From positions 21,570,505-21,624,666 of the forward strand of contig NC_069007.1 in NCBI RefSeq assembly GCF_001194135.2: 54,162 nt of DNA, read 5' to 3'. Positions within the stretch are counted from its first letter, which is position 1. The number at the start of each line of letters is the position of its first letter. The notes below the pieces were generated by a model, which was not told where the DNA came from, ran no database searches, and saw only the letters and a list, made by a program, of their open reading frames with translations. Position numbers and translations under genes: made by a program. Of the stretch, positions 23,581-36,967 are shown piece after piece. The stretch comes from Octopus bimaculoides. Lineage: Eukaryota.

Positions 23581-24681
23581 AGACTGAAATTCCCCATAAA
23601 TTAGTCGTAGGAAAACTTAGTATTGGCTACTGTTATTAACTCTTTCTGATAGTAACTGAATGGTTTAAAGTAGATTTACAGTTCCTAAATGCTTTTAATT
23701 TCCGTAATTACTGCTGTGAAACCCTACAGAGATAGGCTATTAAATTTGAAAATTACCATTCATATATATATATATATATATATATTATAATAATAATAAT
23801 AATAATAATATTAGGGACAAAATCTAAAATTACAGGTAAATACTCAATTAAAACTGAAACTTCGTTCTTTTCCCTAAAACTATNNNNNNNNNNNNNNNNN
23901 NNNNNNNNNNNNNNNNNNNNNNNNNNNNNNNNNNNNNNNNNNNNNNNNNNNNNNNNNNNNNNNNNNNNNNNNNNNNNNNGCATTGTTGTACCATTCAAAA
24001 CTTTTTATTCTTTACCAACAATACACAATGCTTCAAGCGAACTACAATACTCTCCTTCTGCGCTCTTTTACAGGGCTTAGGAAAACTGAAGGACCATCGC
24101 ACGAAGTGTGTGAAAATGAGAGGGGAATATATTGAATAAAATCATGATTAACTGATCCTCCTGTATTTTCTTTTACCCAAAGCCAGGAACTTTTCAGCAC
24201 CCACCGCATGTATATACATGCCCGAAAGAAATAGGTGTAGATATGGCTGTGTGGTTAAGACGCTTGATTCTCAACCATGTGTTTTCATGTTCAGTCCCAT
24301 TTGTGGCTCCTTGTGTCTTTTTACTAATAGCCTCCACACCAAACAAATCCTTGTGATGGGGATTTGGTAGATGGAAGCTGAAAGAAACCTGCCATACATG
24401 TACGGACACATATATGCATGTGTTTGTGTGTGTTTGTGTGTACCCTTGTCTAGACCATCGTGTGAGGGTTGTAAACGAGCATCATCATCATACAAGCGGT
24501 GTTGTTGTCCATTTACAATCTTCCGTAAGGAAACCTGGTGAAATGTTAGCTTGCATGGTGAGGGGTCGTCTGATGCATGGGAATGGGAACGTTAGAAAGA
24601 TGATGACGATGATGATGATCATGATGGTGGTGATGACGATGACAATGACGTTGATGATGACAACTATGACAAAGATAACGA

Positions 24682-24713
<32 letters not shown>

Positions 24714-24839
24714 ATAGTGATGATGATGATGATACACAGGAATGTGTGAACGAAGGAAAGAAAGTATCACCCAACACATTTTGCTGGGGTCATATATATT
24801 TAATATCAGGGCAACAATTTCTTTTTATCCTTTCTTTTT

Positions 24840-25215
24840 TTATATATTTGTTTCAGTCATTTGACTGCGTCCATGCTGGAGCACCACTTTTAGTCGAACA
24901 AACCAACTCCAGTACTTATTCTTTGTAAGCCTAGTACTTATTCTATCGGTTTCTTTTTGCCGAACCGCTAAGTTACGGGCACGTAAACACACCAACATCG
25001 GTTGTCAAACGATGTTGGGGAGACAAACACAGACACACAAGCACATATATATGTCTATACACGACAGGCTTCTTTCAGTTTCCGTCTACCAAATCCCCTC
25101 ACAAGTCTTTGGTCGGCCCGAGGCTATAGTTGAAGACACTTGCCCAAGGTGCCACGCAGTGGGACTGAACCTGGAACCATGCGGTTGGTAAGCAAGCTAC
25201 TTACCACACAGCCTT
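24840..25215 (-). mobile_element. Abundant tRNA-derived SINE family A (near full length)
   Basis: gctgtgtggtaagtagcttgct..ggttccaggttcagtcccactgcgtggcaccttgggcaagtgtcttc..gaaactgaaagaagcctgtcg..gacaaccgatgttggtgtgtttacg..ccagcatggacgcagtcaaatgactgaaac. At least 15 other copies or fragments occur (~1450, 11850, 14080, 16220, 18090, 18460, 20130, 22000, 24235, 28830, 31510, 35990, 36190, 36780, 45880, 49435). Confidence 0.9.
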
Positions 25216-26119
25216 ACATTTCACAGGGTACTCCAAGTTATTTCTTGCCCACTCGTCCTACCCAATCCTCTCTACAGCTTATATATATACTTCCTTCCAA
25301 CTTGAATGTGTTTCATTTCCTAATAGGAATTACAAAGTCTTACATGTTAGACCAAAGGTCAGTGAACTGGGGTAAATTACTCTAACTGGAATAAAAATGA
25401 AATTCTTGGGAGTAATGAGGATTCATTAGACATAAAAGTAGAGTTATATAAAAACAACCTGTTCCTTGTTACGACAGAAATTTTCCTTCTGGCACCACTG
25501 TCTCTGCCCAATGTAATGGATGTGTAAATAGATTCGATAAAACAGATTCTATAAACCTTTTGGTTTCAAAGAATCTATGATTTTCTTCCTTTCAAATCAA
25601 GAGGATAGCGTCGGCATAAATAAATATATTTTGGGACAATTGTTTAAAAAAGTTCCCTAACCCCTGTGTTAGACAGACATGTCAGGAATTGTCTATTAGA
25701 AATTCTTCTGACAGAAAAAAAAATTAATTATTTTGGTATTATTTTTTTCTCTGCCTGATGAATTTCTTTAACAGGAAATTCTTTACCTGTCTAACAAGTA
25801 ATATCTTGTAATTCCTATTAGCAAACGAAACATGTGTAATGCAGAAGAAATAGTACCAACAATTTTCCATTTTCTTGTTTCGTTATACTCAGCAAATATT
25901 TCCACAATTCTTAATTTTAATATGTATTTTGACGAATGTGTAGCAGCAACTGAGGCCATGAACTGGATTGTGTTGATGGAATAAACAGATGTGGTTTAAG
26001 AGGAAACAGCTGGGATTTGAAAAGTGTGAAATTCAAAGTGTAGCAGTAAAGGGAAGACTTGATCTGAAGTGTACACACTGTTTCTCATGTATTGAGTACT
26101 TATTCGCTTTGTAGATTAC

Positions 26120-26900
26120 GGAGAGAACGAGAGAGCAGGAGGAGGAGGAGGACGAGAGAGAGAGAGAGAGTGAATATATGCGTGAGAGAAAGAGAAGAGA
26201 GACAGAAATAAATGACAGAGAGAGGATAGAAAATGAGAAAGAAAGAAAGAAAGATAGATAGAGATAGATAGGTAGGTAGGTAGGTAGATAGATAGATAGA
26301 TTGGATAGATAGGAAAGAGAGAGGGTGATTAGATGAGAATATTGCAGGGGAGATATTAAGTTTGGAGAAAGAAAGAAAGGCAGAACGAGGAGAAAATAGA
26401 TGGATTCTTTTAAACGAGAAATGCAGAGAGAAGTACAAGAGAAACAGAGGAGTGAGGGGGGGGAGCGGCGGTTGGAAAAGCGTGTGATGTGTGTGAGGAA
26501 GATACAGAGAGGGTGAAAGAGAGAGAGAGAGAGAGAGAGAACTGAAAGGAATAGAATAAGAAAGAGAGAAGGGGAGAGGGAGGGACAGAGATAAAATATA
26601 GAATTAGAGAGGGAGGGGAAAAGTGGAAAAGAAAGGAAAAATAGATATAATGGGGAAGGAGTGAAAGAGAGTAATGGTGAGAGAAACTGATATATAAGGA
26701 TGGAGGGAGGAATAATGAGAAAAGAGAGGAGACGGAGAGAATTGTAAGAGAAGCAGAGGAAGCTAAAGAGAGAAAGTGAGAAGGAAGTAAAGAGAGAAAG
26801 ATTAATAGTGAGAGAAAGGGAGAGAGAGAGAGAGGAGGAGGGGAAACAGAGAGCGATAGAGTAATAGTGAGAGGAACGGAGAGAGGGAGAGAGAAAGACG
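26120..26900 (+). repeat. ~780 bp polypurine (GA-rich) tract directly upstream of the ERp44 start
   Basis: Almost entirely G/A on the plus strand. Confidence 0.9.
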
Positions 26901-26920
26901 GAAGTTGACGGAAAGTGCCG
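26899..26920 (+). promoter_or_regulatory. ETS-type motifs upstream of the ERp44 start
   Basis: CGGAAGT at 26899-26905 followed by CGGAAAG, about 60 nt before ATG 26966. Confidence 0.45.
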
Positions 26921-26965
26921 AAAGAGAAACCAAGGTAAATAACTGTGGAAGCCAGAAGTTGAGAC

Positions 26966-27019
26966 ATGGAGAGACGTCAGTACTGTCTTTTGATCGGCGC
27001 AGCAACCCTTTTCTCTGTG
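26966..27019 (+). CDS. ERP44: ERp44 exon 1 (signal peptide N-half)
   Basis: [18 protein letters not shown] then GTG|GTAAGA, phase 0. Joined to exon 2 it gives the signal-peptide-like [27 protein letters not shown]|DT. It is 14.5 kb from exon 2 across three gaps, so the linkage is inferred. Confidence 0.7.
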
Positions 27020-27398
27020 GTAAGAAGCTTCGCTGGTGGCATTTGAAATACTCAGCCTTTAATTAAGGGCCACACGATGTGGTGGCCTTCATTCTGGGTT
27101 TTTCCAGTCTTTCCTATAAGTAATTCAGTCGTATACATACACAACGGTAGGCAAATGAGTCTACACACACAAGACATATCAGTATACACACACACATACA
27201 TATATATGTATATATTTATATATATACACGCACACGGATATTATATATGTATATATGTGGATATATAGATAACTATAGGGTTTATATTTTGGTTCTGCAT
27301 ATATAAATAACTTGTATTTACAGTTCTGTGTGTATATGAAAGACTTGCATAGACATAGTGTACGTAGGTATATATGTATATATATATGTGTGTGTGTT

Positions 27399-27434
<36 letters not shown>

Positions 27435-27444
27435 NNNNNNNNNN

Positions 27445-27475
<31 letters not shown>

Positions 27476-30400
27476 CAAGTATACATACACGTGTGTATGT
27501 ATATTTATGTGCGTATGTGGATTATATTTAGAGTCATCTTTTATTGCTGTCGACTGTGAAATGTTCAATGATGTGTGAAATGCTTATATATATATATGTG
27601 TATGTATGTGTATGTATATATATACACACACACACACGTCTGTGTGCTTGTATGCCTATATATATAGATACAGATGTGACGATCAGTATGATGTGTCCCT
27701 TTTTGTCTCTGTGAATGTGTTTTAGACTACGTACATATGTCTGTGTGTATAATGTATACGTTTCTGTAGATTGTGTATGTGGTGTGTGTATATACACACA
27801 CCACTTACACACATGACTGTTCCCAGTTATCGGTGTCTGGTTCTTTAGCCGAATCAACATCAATTTGTATGATTCTGTGAGGGTGGGTATGTGTATATAA
27901 ATATATATGTGGGTGTTTGATTCTGTAAGCTTAGAAGATTTCGTCACATTTTTCTTCAACACACCAGAAACGTAGATCAAAATATGCAAGCATGTCTGTC
28001 TAACTAAATATATACAGTGTATATATATACATACATGTAGATAAATACACGTGCATGAATGCATGTGTGTGTAAATGTATATGTATGTGTGTATGTATGT
28101 ATAATCATGTGTCGTGAATTATGAGCTTTGCTTTCTTGTTAGTTGTGTCTGACATTTACTCGAATGTATGTTTATATCCACACACCAGTCACCTTTATTG
28201 GAGCACTCATGTGTGTATATATACGTAGGTGGGTGTGAGTGCTAATCCTGTGGTAATTCTACTGATGTCCACGTTACACATGAGAGTCCGGCGGCCGTTA
28301 TACTTACAGATCGACACACCCTTCAAATAAACGTCTCTGGAGAGACATATATATATATATATATATACATACACAGTGGAGGTGGTATTAAATAGATGAA
28401 ATACCTCGTATGTGGATTCCCCCGTGCGTTTCAACCGAAAGGCCGTGGCCATGCTGGGTCACCGCCAGTACCATCACCTTTTCAATGGCCATTATCATGT
28501 GGTTGGCTTTNNNNNNNNNNNNNNNNNNNNNNNNNNNNNNNNNNNNNNNNNNNNNNNNNNNNNNNNNNNNNNNNNNNNNNNNNNNNNNNNNNNNNNNNNN
28601 NNNNNNNNNNNNNNNNNNNNNNNNNNNNNNNNNNNNNNNNNNNNNNNNNNNNNNNNNNNNNNNNNNNNNNNNNNNNNNNNNNNNNNNNNNNNNNNNNNNN
28701 NNNNNNNNNNNNNNNNNNNNNNNNNNNNNNNNNNNNNNNNNNNNNNNNNNNNNNNNNNNNNNNNNNNNNNNNNNNNNNNNNNNNTATATATATATATATA
28801 TATATATATTTCGTCGGTCATGCTAGCGCTTATTCTATCGTTCCTTTTTGCCGAACTGCTTGGTTACGAGAACGTAAGCACACCTATATCGGTTGTCAAG
28901 AGACGGCGGGGAACAAACGCAGACAGACACACACACATACATGCATATATACATATATATACATACAATGGGCTTCTTTCAGTTTCTATCTAGCAAATCC
29001 ACTCACAATGCATTACTTGGCCCGGGCCTATAGCAGAAGAAAGATACTTGCCCAAGGTACCACGCAGTGGTACTGAACCCGGAACTATGTGATTGGGAAG
29101 CAAACTTCTTGCCACATTTACATGCTATCATTTGTAGCTTTATGTGCTTCGAGATCCACTCTTCCGAGATGCAATTATTTCACGTTCTCTCGAAAGTTCA
29201 TAAAAAATCTTATGACGTCAACAAATATATATATATATATATAATTACACACGTAAATAGACTTTCATTCATAAACTTAAACTACAAAATAGAATGTTAA
29301 AGAGGTTATTTTCATAATGATACAATTGATTGCTGTTGTTGAATTCTAGGTCATTTCCGAGCCAGCAGAGCTATGTTCAAAAGCGTTCCGGTCATGACCA
29401 CCCTGTCCTAATCTCCCTACAAACACAATGTATTTTGAACTATATTATCTGCATGTCTTTGTTTTGTTTTTTTTGTGACGCAAGTAAAGTATGATTTCAA
29501 GAAGGCTTGGCTGCTATTACTTGTTGTCAAGGTCGACTGACCACGTATGAGCGCCCGCCCGTTAAGAGGTCAGAGGTTAGACGGCGCTAGTGTGTGATGC
29601 GTGTATACCTAGACGTGTATGATCAGCGATCCGGTTTCGTTTCCTGGATGTTGTTACTACAACTTCATCTCCACCACCGGCGTATTTTGGGAAGGCATGC
29701 ATGTCACACAATCTCCTGTATTTCATAGAACCGAAACCTAGTTAAGGACTCTGGAGTTGTTTAGCTCTGATCAGGCCTGGCAAGGCGTTCCAATTGTGAT
29801 CATCCATCCTCCATCCCTCTCTCTATCCGTCTGTCTGTCCATCCTATCTGTCTATCTATCCTATCTATCTATCTATCTACCTACCTACCTGTTTACCTAT
29901 CTATCTGTCTGTCTGTCTTAACACTATTGGATGTGATTTAAAGGAAATTTGGCTGCAATTTCTAACAGCAAGACCCCCCCTCTTTTACTTTTCCCCCACC
30001 CCAAAATCAAGTATTACTATTGCTGCTGGTGAGAGCATTTGAAATCTGTCGATTCAGTTTCGATATCAGTTAGAAGGCATTTCCCTAATGCTCTTGGGAA
30101 AATGCATAGAGGCCACAGCACATCCTGTATCTTAATCCCAGGCCTTCAAGATTGTAGTAGAGGTTAATGATTACTGCTGTAAATTCCTTTTCGTATCCGA
30201 GGCGGAACATTTTCGGTGTCTGTTGTTTCAGGTTTTCATATTTCACCCGTATGTGCACCCACCACCACCACCGTCGTCATCGTCATTTTCATCATCATCA
30301 TCATCATCATCATCAACGACTCAGCGAAGGAACAATCACGCTGTCGCTCGACTTGCTATAAACAGCAGCCAAATCTACATTGAATCAGACCTTATACAGG

Positions 30401-33400
30401 ATCTGTTGGGTAACACTACTGACCCTGGTTTGCCGAATGACTGGATGGTCACGACTTGAATGTCTTTCGATCATGGTCCTGTGGCGCGATCAGTACTGGC
30501 CTGGGGTTAAACAGTGGTTTCATATTTTTGGTACAAAGCCAGCAATTTTGGGGGGAGACAGCTGGTCGATTGCTTCGATCGCAGTGGTTGGTGTTTTGAC
30601 AAAACCCCGAAAGGGTGAAAGAGTAAGCTCGATCTTGGCGGAATTTGAACTCGGCCACCTTTATCATCGCTATACCGCCTCTGTCATCACCACCACCGGT
30701 CATCATCACCCTTACCATCATTCTCTTTAACAACAGCCATGATAGGTCTGCGGAATTGGTGTGGATGGTTCGGATCCCGGCGAGGAATACTTCGGAAGTT
30801 TGGATCTAGATGTTTATGGTTCAATTCTCACCAAGCTCTATTATGTCCTTATTCTCCTGGGGGTTGGGGTGAATTAATCAAAAAACAAGTACCAGTAGAG
30901 TACTAGAGTTCAACACGTGACCTTCTGTCTATCCTGACGGGTATCATTCATTAACCTACGGCCATACTGGGGCAGTACCTCTTATGGTTTTACTTCATTG
31001 TATCGAGTGCAGTAATTAATTTCATCGGTTTCTATTCATCGAATGGCTAAGTTTACAAAGAGACGCAACTCGATCCACAGTCTTGAAAAGAAAAGAAAGG
31101 CGAGAGGGCCACACTTGCATAATGTATTCCTTGATAGTCTGTGCCAGAGGTCTGCTCAGTTAGGGTTGACCTGACCTCAGGCTAAACCAAAAAGCGGCTT
31201 TTCAAACTTGTTGATGTGATTGAATTTTCTGTATGTTTGCTTGCAATTCGATTATTGAGTATCGATCTTATCTTAGACACACCTGTTGCTACATATCTAT
31301 TTCTACATGTACGCATATATACATACATATCATCATATATTTATACACACATACACATGTATATATACACACACATATATACATATATATACACATACAC
31401 ATGTATATATATATATATATATATACACACACATATATACATTTGTATACACGTGTATATATACAGGTATATATATATACTCCAGTACTTATGTTCTTTT
31501 TAAAAGTTTGTTACTTATTCTATCGATCTCTTTTGCCGAACGACTAACTCATTAGGACCTAAACGAACCAACACTGGTTAACTAACGCTGGTAGAGAGCA
31601 AACATATACACACGCATGCATGTATTTGATGGGCTTCTTTCAGTTTCCGTCTACCAAATCCACTCACAATGCTTTGGTAGACCCACGGCTATAATAGAAG
31701 ACACCTGCCCCAAAATGCCATACAATGCCTGAGGCAAAAGCAGACACTTGCGCAAGGAGTCACGCAGTGGGACTGAACCCGGAACCATGTGATTGGGAAG
31801 CAAGCTTCTTACCACACAGCCACGCCTTCGCCTATATATATACATATATATACATTCACATACGGATAGATAGAACATTAAGACGTTCTCCTTTTGTTTA
31901 TATTTAAAACAAACGTGTGTGCTGAGACTGTTGACTTTTGCTTTGTGAGATGTAAAGAGTTCTTGACCCTCCCGCAGACATTGGGGCGGGGTGGGGCGGC
32001 TTTGTATGAGAAACCTCTATGTTTACATAACATACATTTGGGATACCCACACAAACACGAATGTGTTGTCTATCTATCTGTCTATCTATCTACTTATCCA
32101 TCTATCTATCTATCTGTCTACCTTCATACATAACCATCTATCTATTTATTTGTCTATCTATCCACATACGTACCAGTCTCCCTCTGTGTCTGTCTGTCTA
32201 CTAATGTACCAATCCCCTACCTATCTACCTAGCTATTTTATTGTCTACGGATGTATCAATCTATCTATCTACATGTATATGTTGCTATCTACCCGTCTTT
32301 TCTTTTACACGTGCCCTCTTACGAGCTATCGCCTTTCCCCTACCCCCCAATGTATGTCACCCGCAAATGTTTACGTAGATCAATCTCTTCCAATCACGTT
32401 CGATGTTTTCTGAAACTACAAACAATACACACACACACGAGACAGAGAGAGAGAGACTGTGTGTGTGTGTGTGTGGTCGTTTTCTTTCTCAGAAGACAGC
32501 TGATTATGCTGAGCCAAGTTATTATGGAGGGGAAAGCCGTTGTTTCGAGTCACGCTCGGGTACCTGATCACATTACTTTAGCTCTACAGTGAATGTTATT
32601 AGAAGAAATACAAACCACATTTCTGAGCATTCCCAGCAGCGTTTTCGGTGCTGTTACCTTTTTTGGGACTGCCATGAATACCTCGACTTCCTTGTCCCCC
32701 AAAGATTGCTGTTGTGGCTTCTGTAAAATGGGGGTCTGCTCTCTGTAAATTATTCCGTTTTATTTTTCATCNNNNNNNNNNNNNNNNNNNNNNNNNNNNN
32801 NNNNNNNNNNNNNNNNNNNNNNNNNNNNNNNNNNNNNNNNNNNNNNNNNNNNNNNNNNNNNNNNNNNNNNNNNNNNNNNNNNNNNNNNNNNNNNNNNNNN
32901 NNNNNNNNNNNNNNNNNNNNNNNNNNNNNNNNNNNNNNNNNNNNNNNNNNNNNNNNNNNNNNNNNNNNNNNNNNNNNNNNNNNNNNNNNNNNNNNNNNNN
33001 NNNNNNNNNNNNNNNNNNNNNNNNNNNNNNNNNNNNNNNNNNNNNNNNNNNNNNNNNNNNNNNNNNNNNNNNNNNNNNNNNNNNNNNNNNNNNNNNNNNN
33101 NNNNNNNNNNNNNNNNNNNNNNNNNNNNNNNNNNNNNNNNNNNNNNNNNNNNNNNNNNNNNNNNNNNNNNNNNNNNNNNNNNNNNNNNNNNNNNNNNNNN
33201 NNNNNNNNNNNNNNNNNNNNNNNNNNNNNNNNNNNNNNNNNNNNNNNNNNNNNNNNNNNNNNNNNNNNNNNNNNNNNNNNNNNNNNNNNNNNNNNNNNNN
33301 NNNNNNNNNNNNNNNNNNNNNNNNNNNNNNNNNNNNNNNNNNNNNNNNNNNNNNNNNNNNNNNNNNNNNNNNNNNNNNNNNNNNNNNNNNNNNNNNNNNN

Positions 33401-35940
33401 NNNNNNNNNNNNNNNNNNNNNNNNNNNNNNNNNNNNNNNNNNNNNNNNNNNNNNNNNNNNNNNNNNNNNNNNNNNNNNNNNNNNNNNNNNNNNNNNNNNN
33501 NNNNNNNNNNNNNNNNNNNNNNNNNNNNNNNNNNNNNNNNNNNNNNNNNNNNNNNNNNNNNNNNNNNNNNNNNNNNNNNNNNNNNNNNNNNNNNNNNNNN
33601 NNNNNNNNNNNNNNNNNNNNNNNNNNNNNNNNNNNNNNNNNNNNNNNNNNNNNNNNNNNNNNNNNNNNNNNNNNNNNCTAGACTTTTAAAAACAAAAAAA
33701 ATAGGTACAGGGGTCGATTTGTTTGACTCCCGTCGATGCAGTGCCCCAGCATGGCCGCAATCTTGTGATTGAAGCAAGTAAAAGCTAAAAGCTAAGATAA
33801 CTTGATCGAACTACTTCAATTTTAATGGGACCCGACTAGAGAGGCATTAGATATATATTTAGAAATTTATCATATATTTTTCTATGCATATTTTGCTCAC
33901 CCTACCTTCAATTAAAAAAAAAAAAAAAGTCTACCTGTTTGCGTGTGTGAAATCGTGACATACTTCTCTGTTGCACACACATACACCCACCACCCACCCG
34001 TAGGTAGCAGTCTGTGTATGCGAAGGGTGGCTGTTGTTAGAGTATGTAGTCTGTCCAGTTCTGGAACCTACTTCAAGCTTGCTCTGGCGTTATTCACACA
34101 CACACACACACTATAACAATTCCTCTTACCACATCTTACTCTTTCTATATTTCTCTCATCGTCGTCTGTGGATGTGTTAACGCCTGTGTTAAAACGGGGG
34201 GTAGCTGATGAAGGAAAATGTTCTCTATGTGGCCTGTGTGTTTTCTGTACTCTGGTTCATTATTATTTTCTTGTCTACGTTTTGTTTGCAATGTCCTGTA
34301 CCCAGATATGCACCTATATATACAGGTAGACGTAGGTATGCACATACCTGTACGTATATATGCATATACTCATTTATTATTTGTTTTATATATATATATA
34401 TATATAGGCAATCCTTCGGTATTGGTAGACGACGTCATTCACNNNNNNNNNNNNNNNNNNNNNNNNNNNNNNNNNNNNNNNNNNNNNNNNNNNNNNNNNN
34501 NNNNNNNNNNNNNNNNNNNNNNNNNNNNNNNNNNNNNNNNNNNNNNNNNNNNNNNNNNNNNNNNNNNNNNNNNNNNNNNNNNNNNNNNNNNNNNNNNNNN
34601 NNNNNNNNNNNNNNNNNNNNNNNNNNNNNNNNNNNNNNNNNNNNNNNNNNNNNNNNNNNNNNNNNNNNNNNNNNNNNNNNNNNNNNNNNNNNNNNNNNNN
34701 NNNNNNNNNNNNNNNNNNNNNNNNNNNNNNNNNNNNNNNNNNNNNNNNNNNNNNNNNNNNNNNNNNNNNNNNNNNNNNNNNNNNNNNNNNNNNNNNNNNN
34801 NNNNNNNNNNNNNNNNNNNNNNNNNNNNNNNNNNNNNNNNNNNNNNNNNNNNNNNNNNNNNNNNNNNNNNNNNNNNNNNNNNNNNNNNNNNNNNNNNNNN
34901 NNNNNNNNNNNNNNNNNNNNNNNNNNNNNNNNNNNNNNNNNNNNNNNNNNNNNNNNNNNNNNNNNNNNNNNNNNNNNNNNNNNNNNNNNNNNNNNNNNNN
35001 NNNNNNNNNNNNNNNNNNNNNNNNNNNNNNNNNNNNNNNNNNNNNNNNNNNNNNNNNNNNNNNNNNNNNNNNNNNNNNNNNNNNNNNNNNNNNNNNNNNN
35101 NNNNNNNNNNNNNNNNNNNNNNNNNNNNNNNNNNNNNNNNNNNNNNNNNNNNNNNNNNNNNNNNNNNNNNNNNNNNNNNNNNNNNNNNNNNNNNNNNNNN
35201 NNNNNNNNNNNNNNNNNNNNNNNNNNNNNNNNNNNNNNNNNNNNNNNNNNNNNNNNNNNNNNNNNNNNNNNNNCCCCCATCCCGTTGCCCATTTTTCCAA
35301 TTACCCTTGTAACAGGTGTGAAAAGCTACAAACATGTAAATAATAACAATAATAATAAATAATAAATAACAATAATAATGGTTTCAAATTTTGCCACAAG
35401 AGCAGCCATTTTGGAAAACGGGATCAGTCAGTTACATCAATCCCTCAGTGTTTCATTGGTATTTATTTATCGACCCCGAAAGGGAAAGTCGACCACGGCA
35501 GAATTTGAATATAATAATAATAATAACAACAACAACAACAATTATAGTGGTTATTGTTTTTGTAGTATTAGTTTCGAATGTGTCCTTCCAATTTTGTTCA
35601 TCATCATCATCATTTTGATTACTGCTACTCGTGGTATATATGCATATATATATATACATATATATATACATACAATAACACGTGCATAGGTTTCAGTTCC
35701 ACTGCCTTTGTTAGTCGGTGAAATATCCAGCTAACTGACTAATCAATCGCTTGTTTAATTGCTTATTATGCTTGTTAGACTGAACAATCAGTCGGTGGTT
35801 TATTAGTCGGTTCTATCGCATGTGTACAAATCTTTTTCTTTTTTCTTTCTTTCTTTCAAAATATGGACAGGAATCTATTTTACAAAAGAAAAACAAGAGA
35901 AAGAAAATAACGAAACAGCAATGCAGTACGGACTGCTTCA

Positions 35941-35971
<31 letters not shown>

Positions 35972-36930
35972 TATATGTATTCTTTTATTTGTTTCATTCA
36001 TTTGACTGCAGCCATGCTGGGGCACCACCTTTAGTCGAACAAATCGATCCCGGGACTTATTCTTTGTAAGCCTAGTACCTATTCTATCGGTCCCGAACCG
36101 CTATGTTACGGGGACGTAAACACACCAACATTGGTTGTCAAGTGATGGTGGGGGGACAAACACAGACACACAAACTGTTTGCCCCGCATCACTGTTTGAA
36201 AACTGGTGTTGGTGTGTTTACGTCCACCCAACTTGGTGGTTCAGCAAAAGAGATTAATAGAATTAGTAATAGGCTTTAAAAAAATAAGTCCTGGGGTCAA
36301 GCTGTTTAACTAAAACCCTTCAAGGTGGTGCCCCAGCATGGCCACCGTCAAATGACTGAAACAAGTGAAAGAATATATATATATGTATATATATGTATAT
36401 ATGTATATATATGTATATATGTATATATATGTATATATGTATATATATGTATTTATGTATGTGTTTGTATATTTATGTCCATATGTATGTGTATGTGTTT
36501 GTATATGTACGCACATATGTTATTTCTTTACTACCGACAAGGGGCTACACACGGAGGGGACAAACAAGGACAGACAAAAGGATTGTCGATTATATCGACC
36601 CCAGTGCGTAACTGGTACTTATTTAATCGACCCCCGAAAGGATGAAAGGCAAAGTCGACCTCGGCGGAATTTGAACTCAGAACGTAGCGGCAGACGAAAT
36701 ACCGCTAAGCATTTCGCCCGGCGTGCTAACGATTCTGCCAGCTCGCTGCCGTCTGTGTACGTACATATGTGTGTGGCTTTATATGGCAAAAGAGAGACCA
36801 ACAGAATAAGTACTGGGCTTACAAAGAATAAGTCTTGGGGTTGATTTGTTCGACTAAAATGCAGTGCTCCAGCATGGCCGCAGTCAAATGCCTGAAATAA
36901 AGAAAAGCACAAAAGAATATGTGTTGTATG

Positions 36931-36967
<37 letters not shown>

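Noticed and set aside
30223-30459. 78-aa plus-strand ORF with an acceptor-like start
   Set aside because: Built from a CAT/CAC microsatellite plus a dispersed repeat (gatttggctgctgtttatagcaag family seen elsewhere).
34208-34325. Hydrophobic ORFs ([10 protein letters not shown]…, MFSMWPVC…CAG|GTAGAC) as an alternative ERp44 signal-peptide exon
   Set aside because: T-rich DNA gives hydrophobic peptides by default. There is no promoter motif, and the exon at 26966 gives a better signal peptide.
32714-35362. Long 285-384 aa ORFs
   Set aside because: They consist almost entirely of X from N-gaps.
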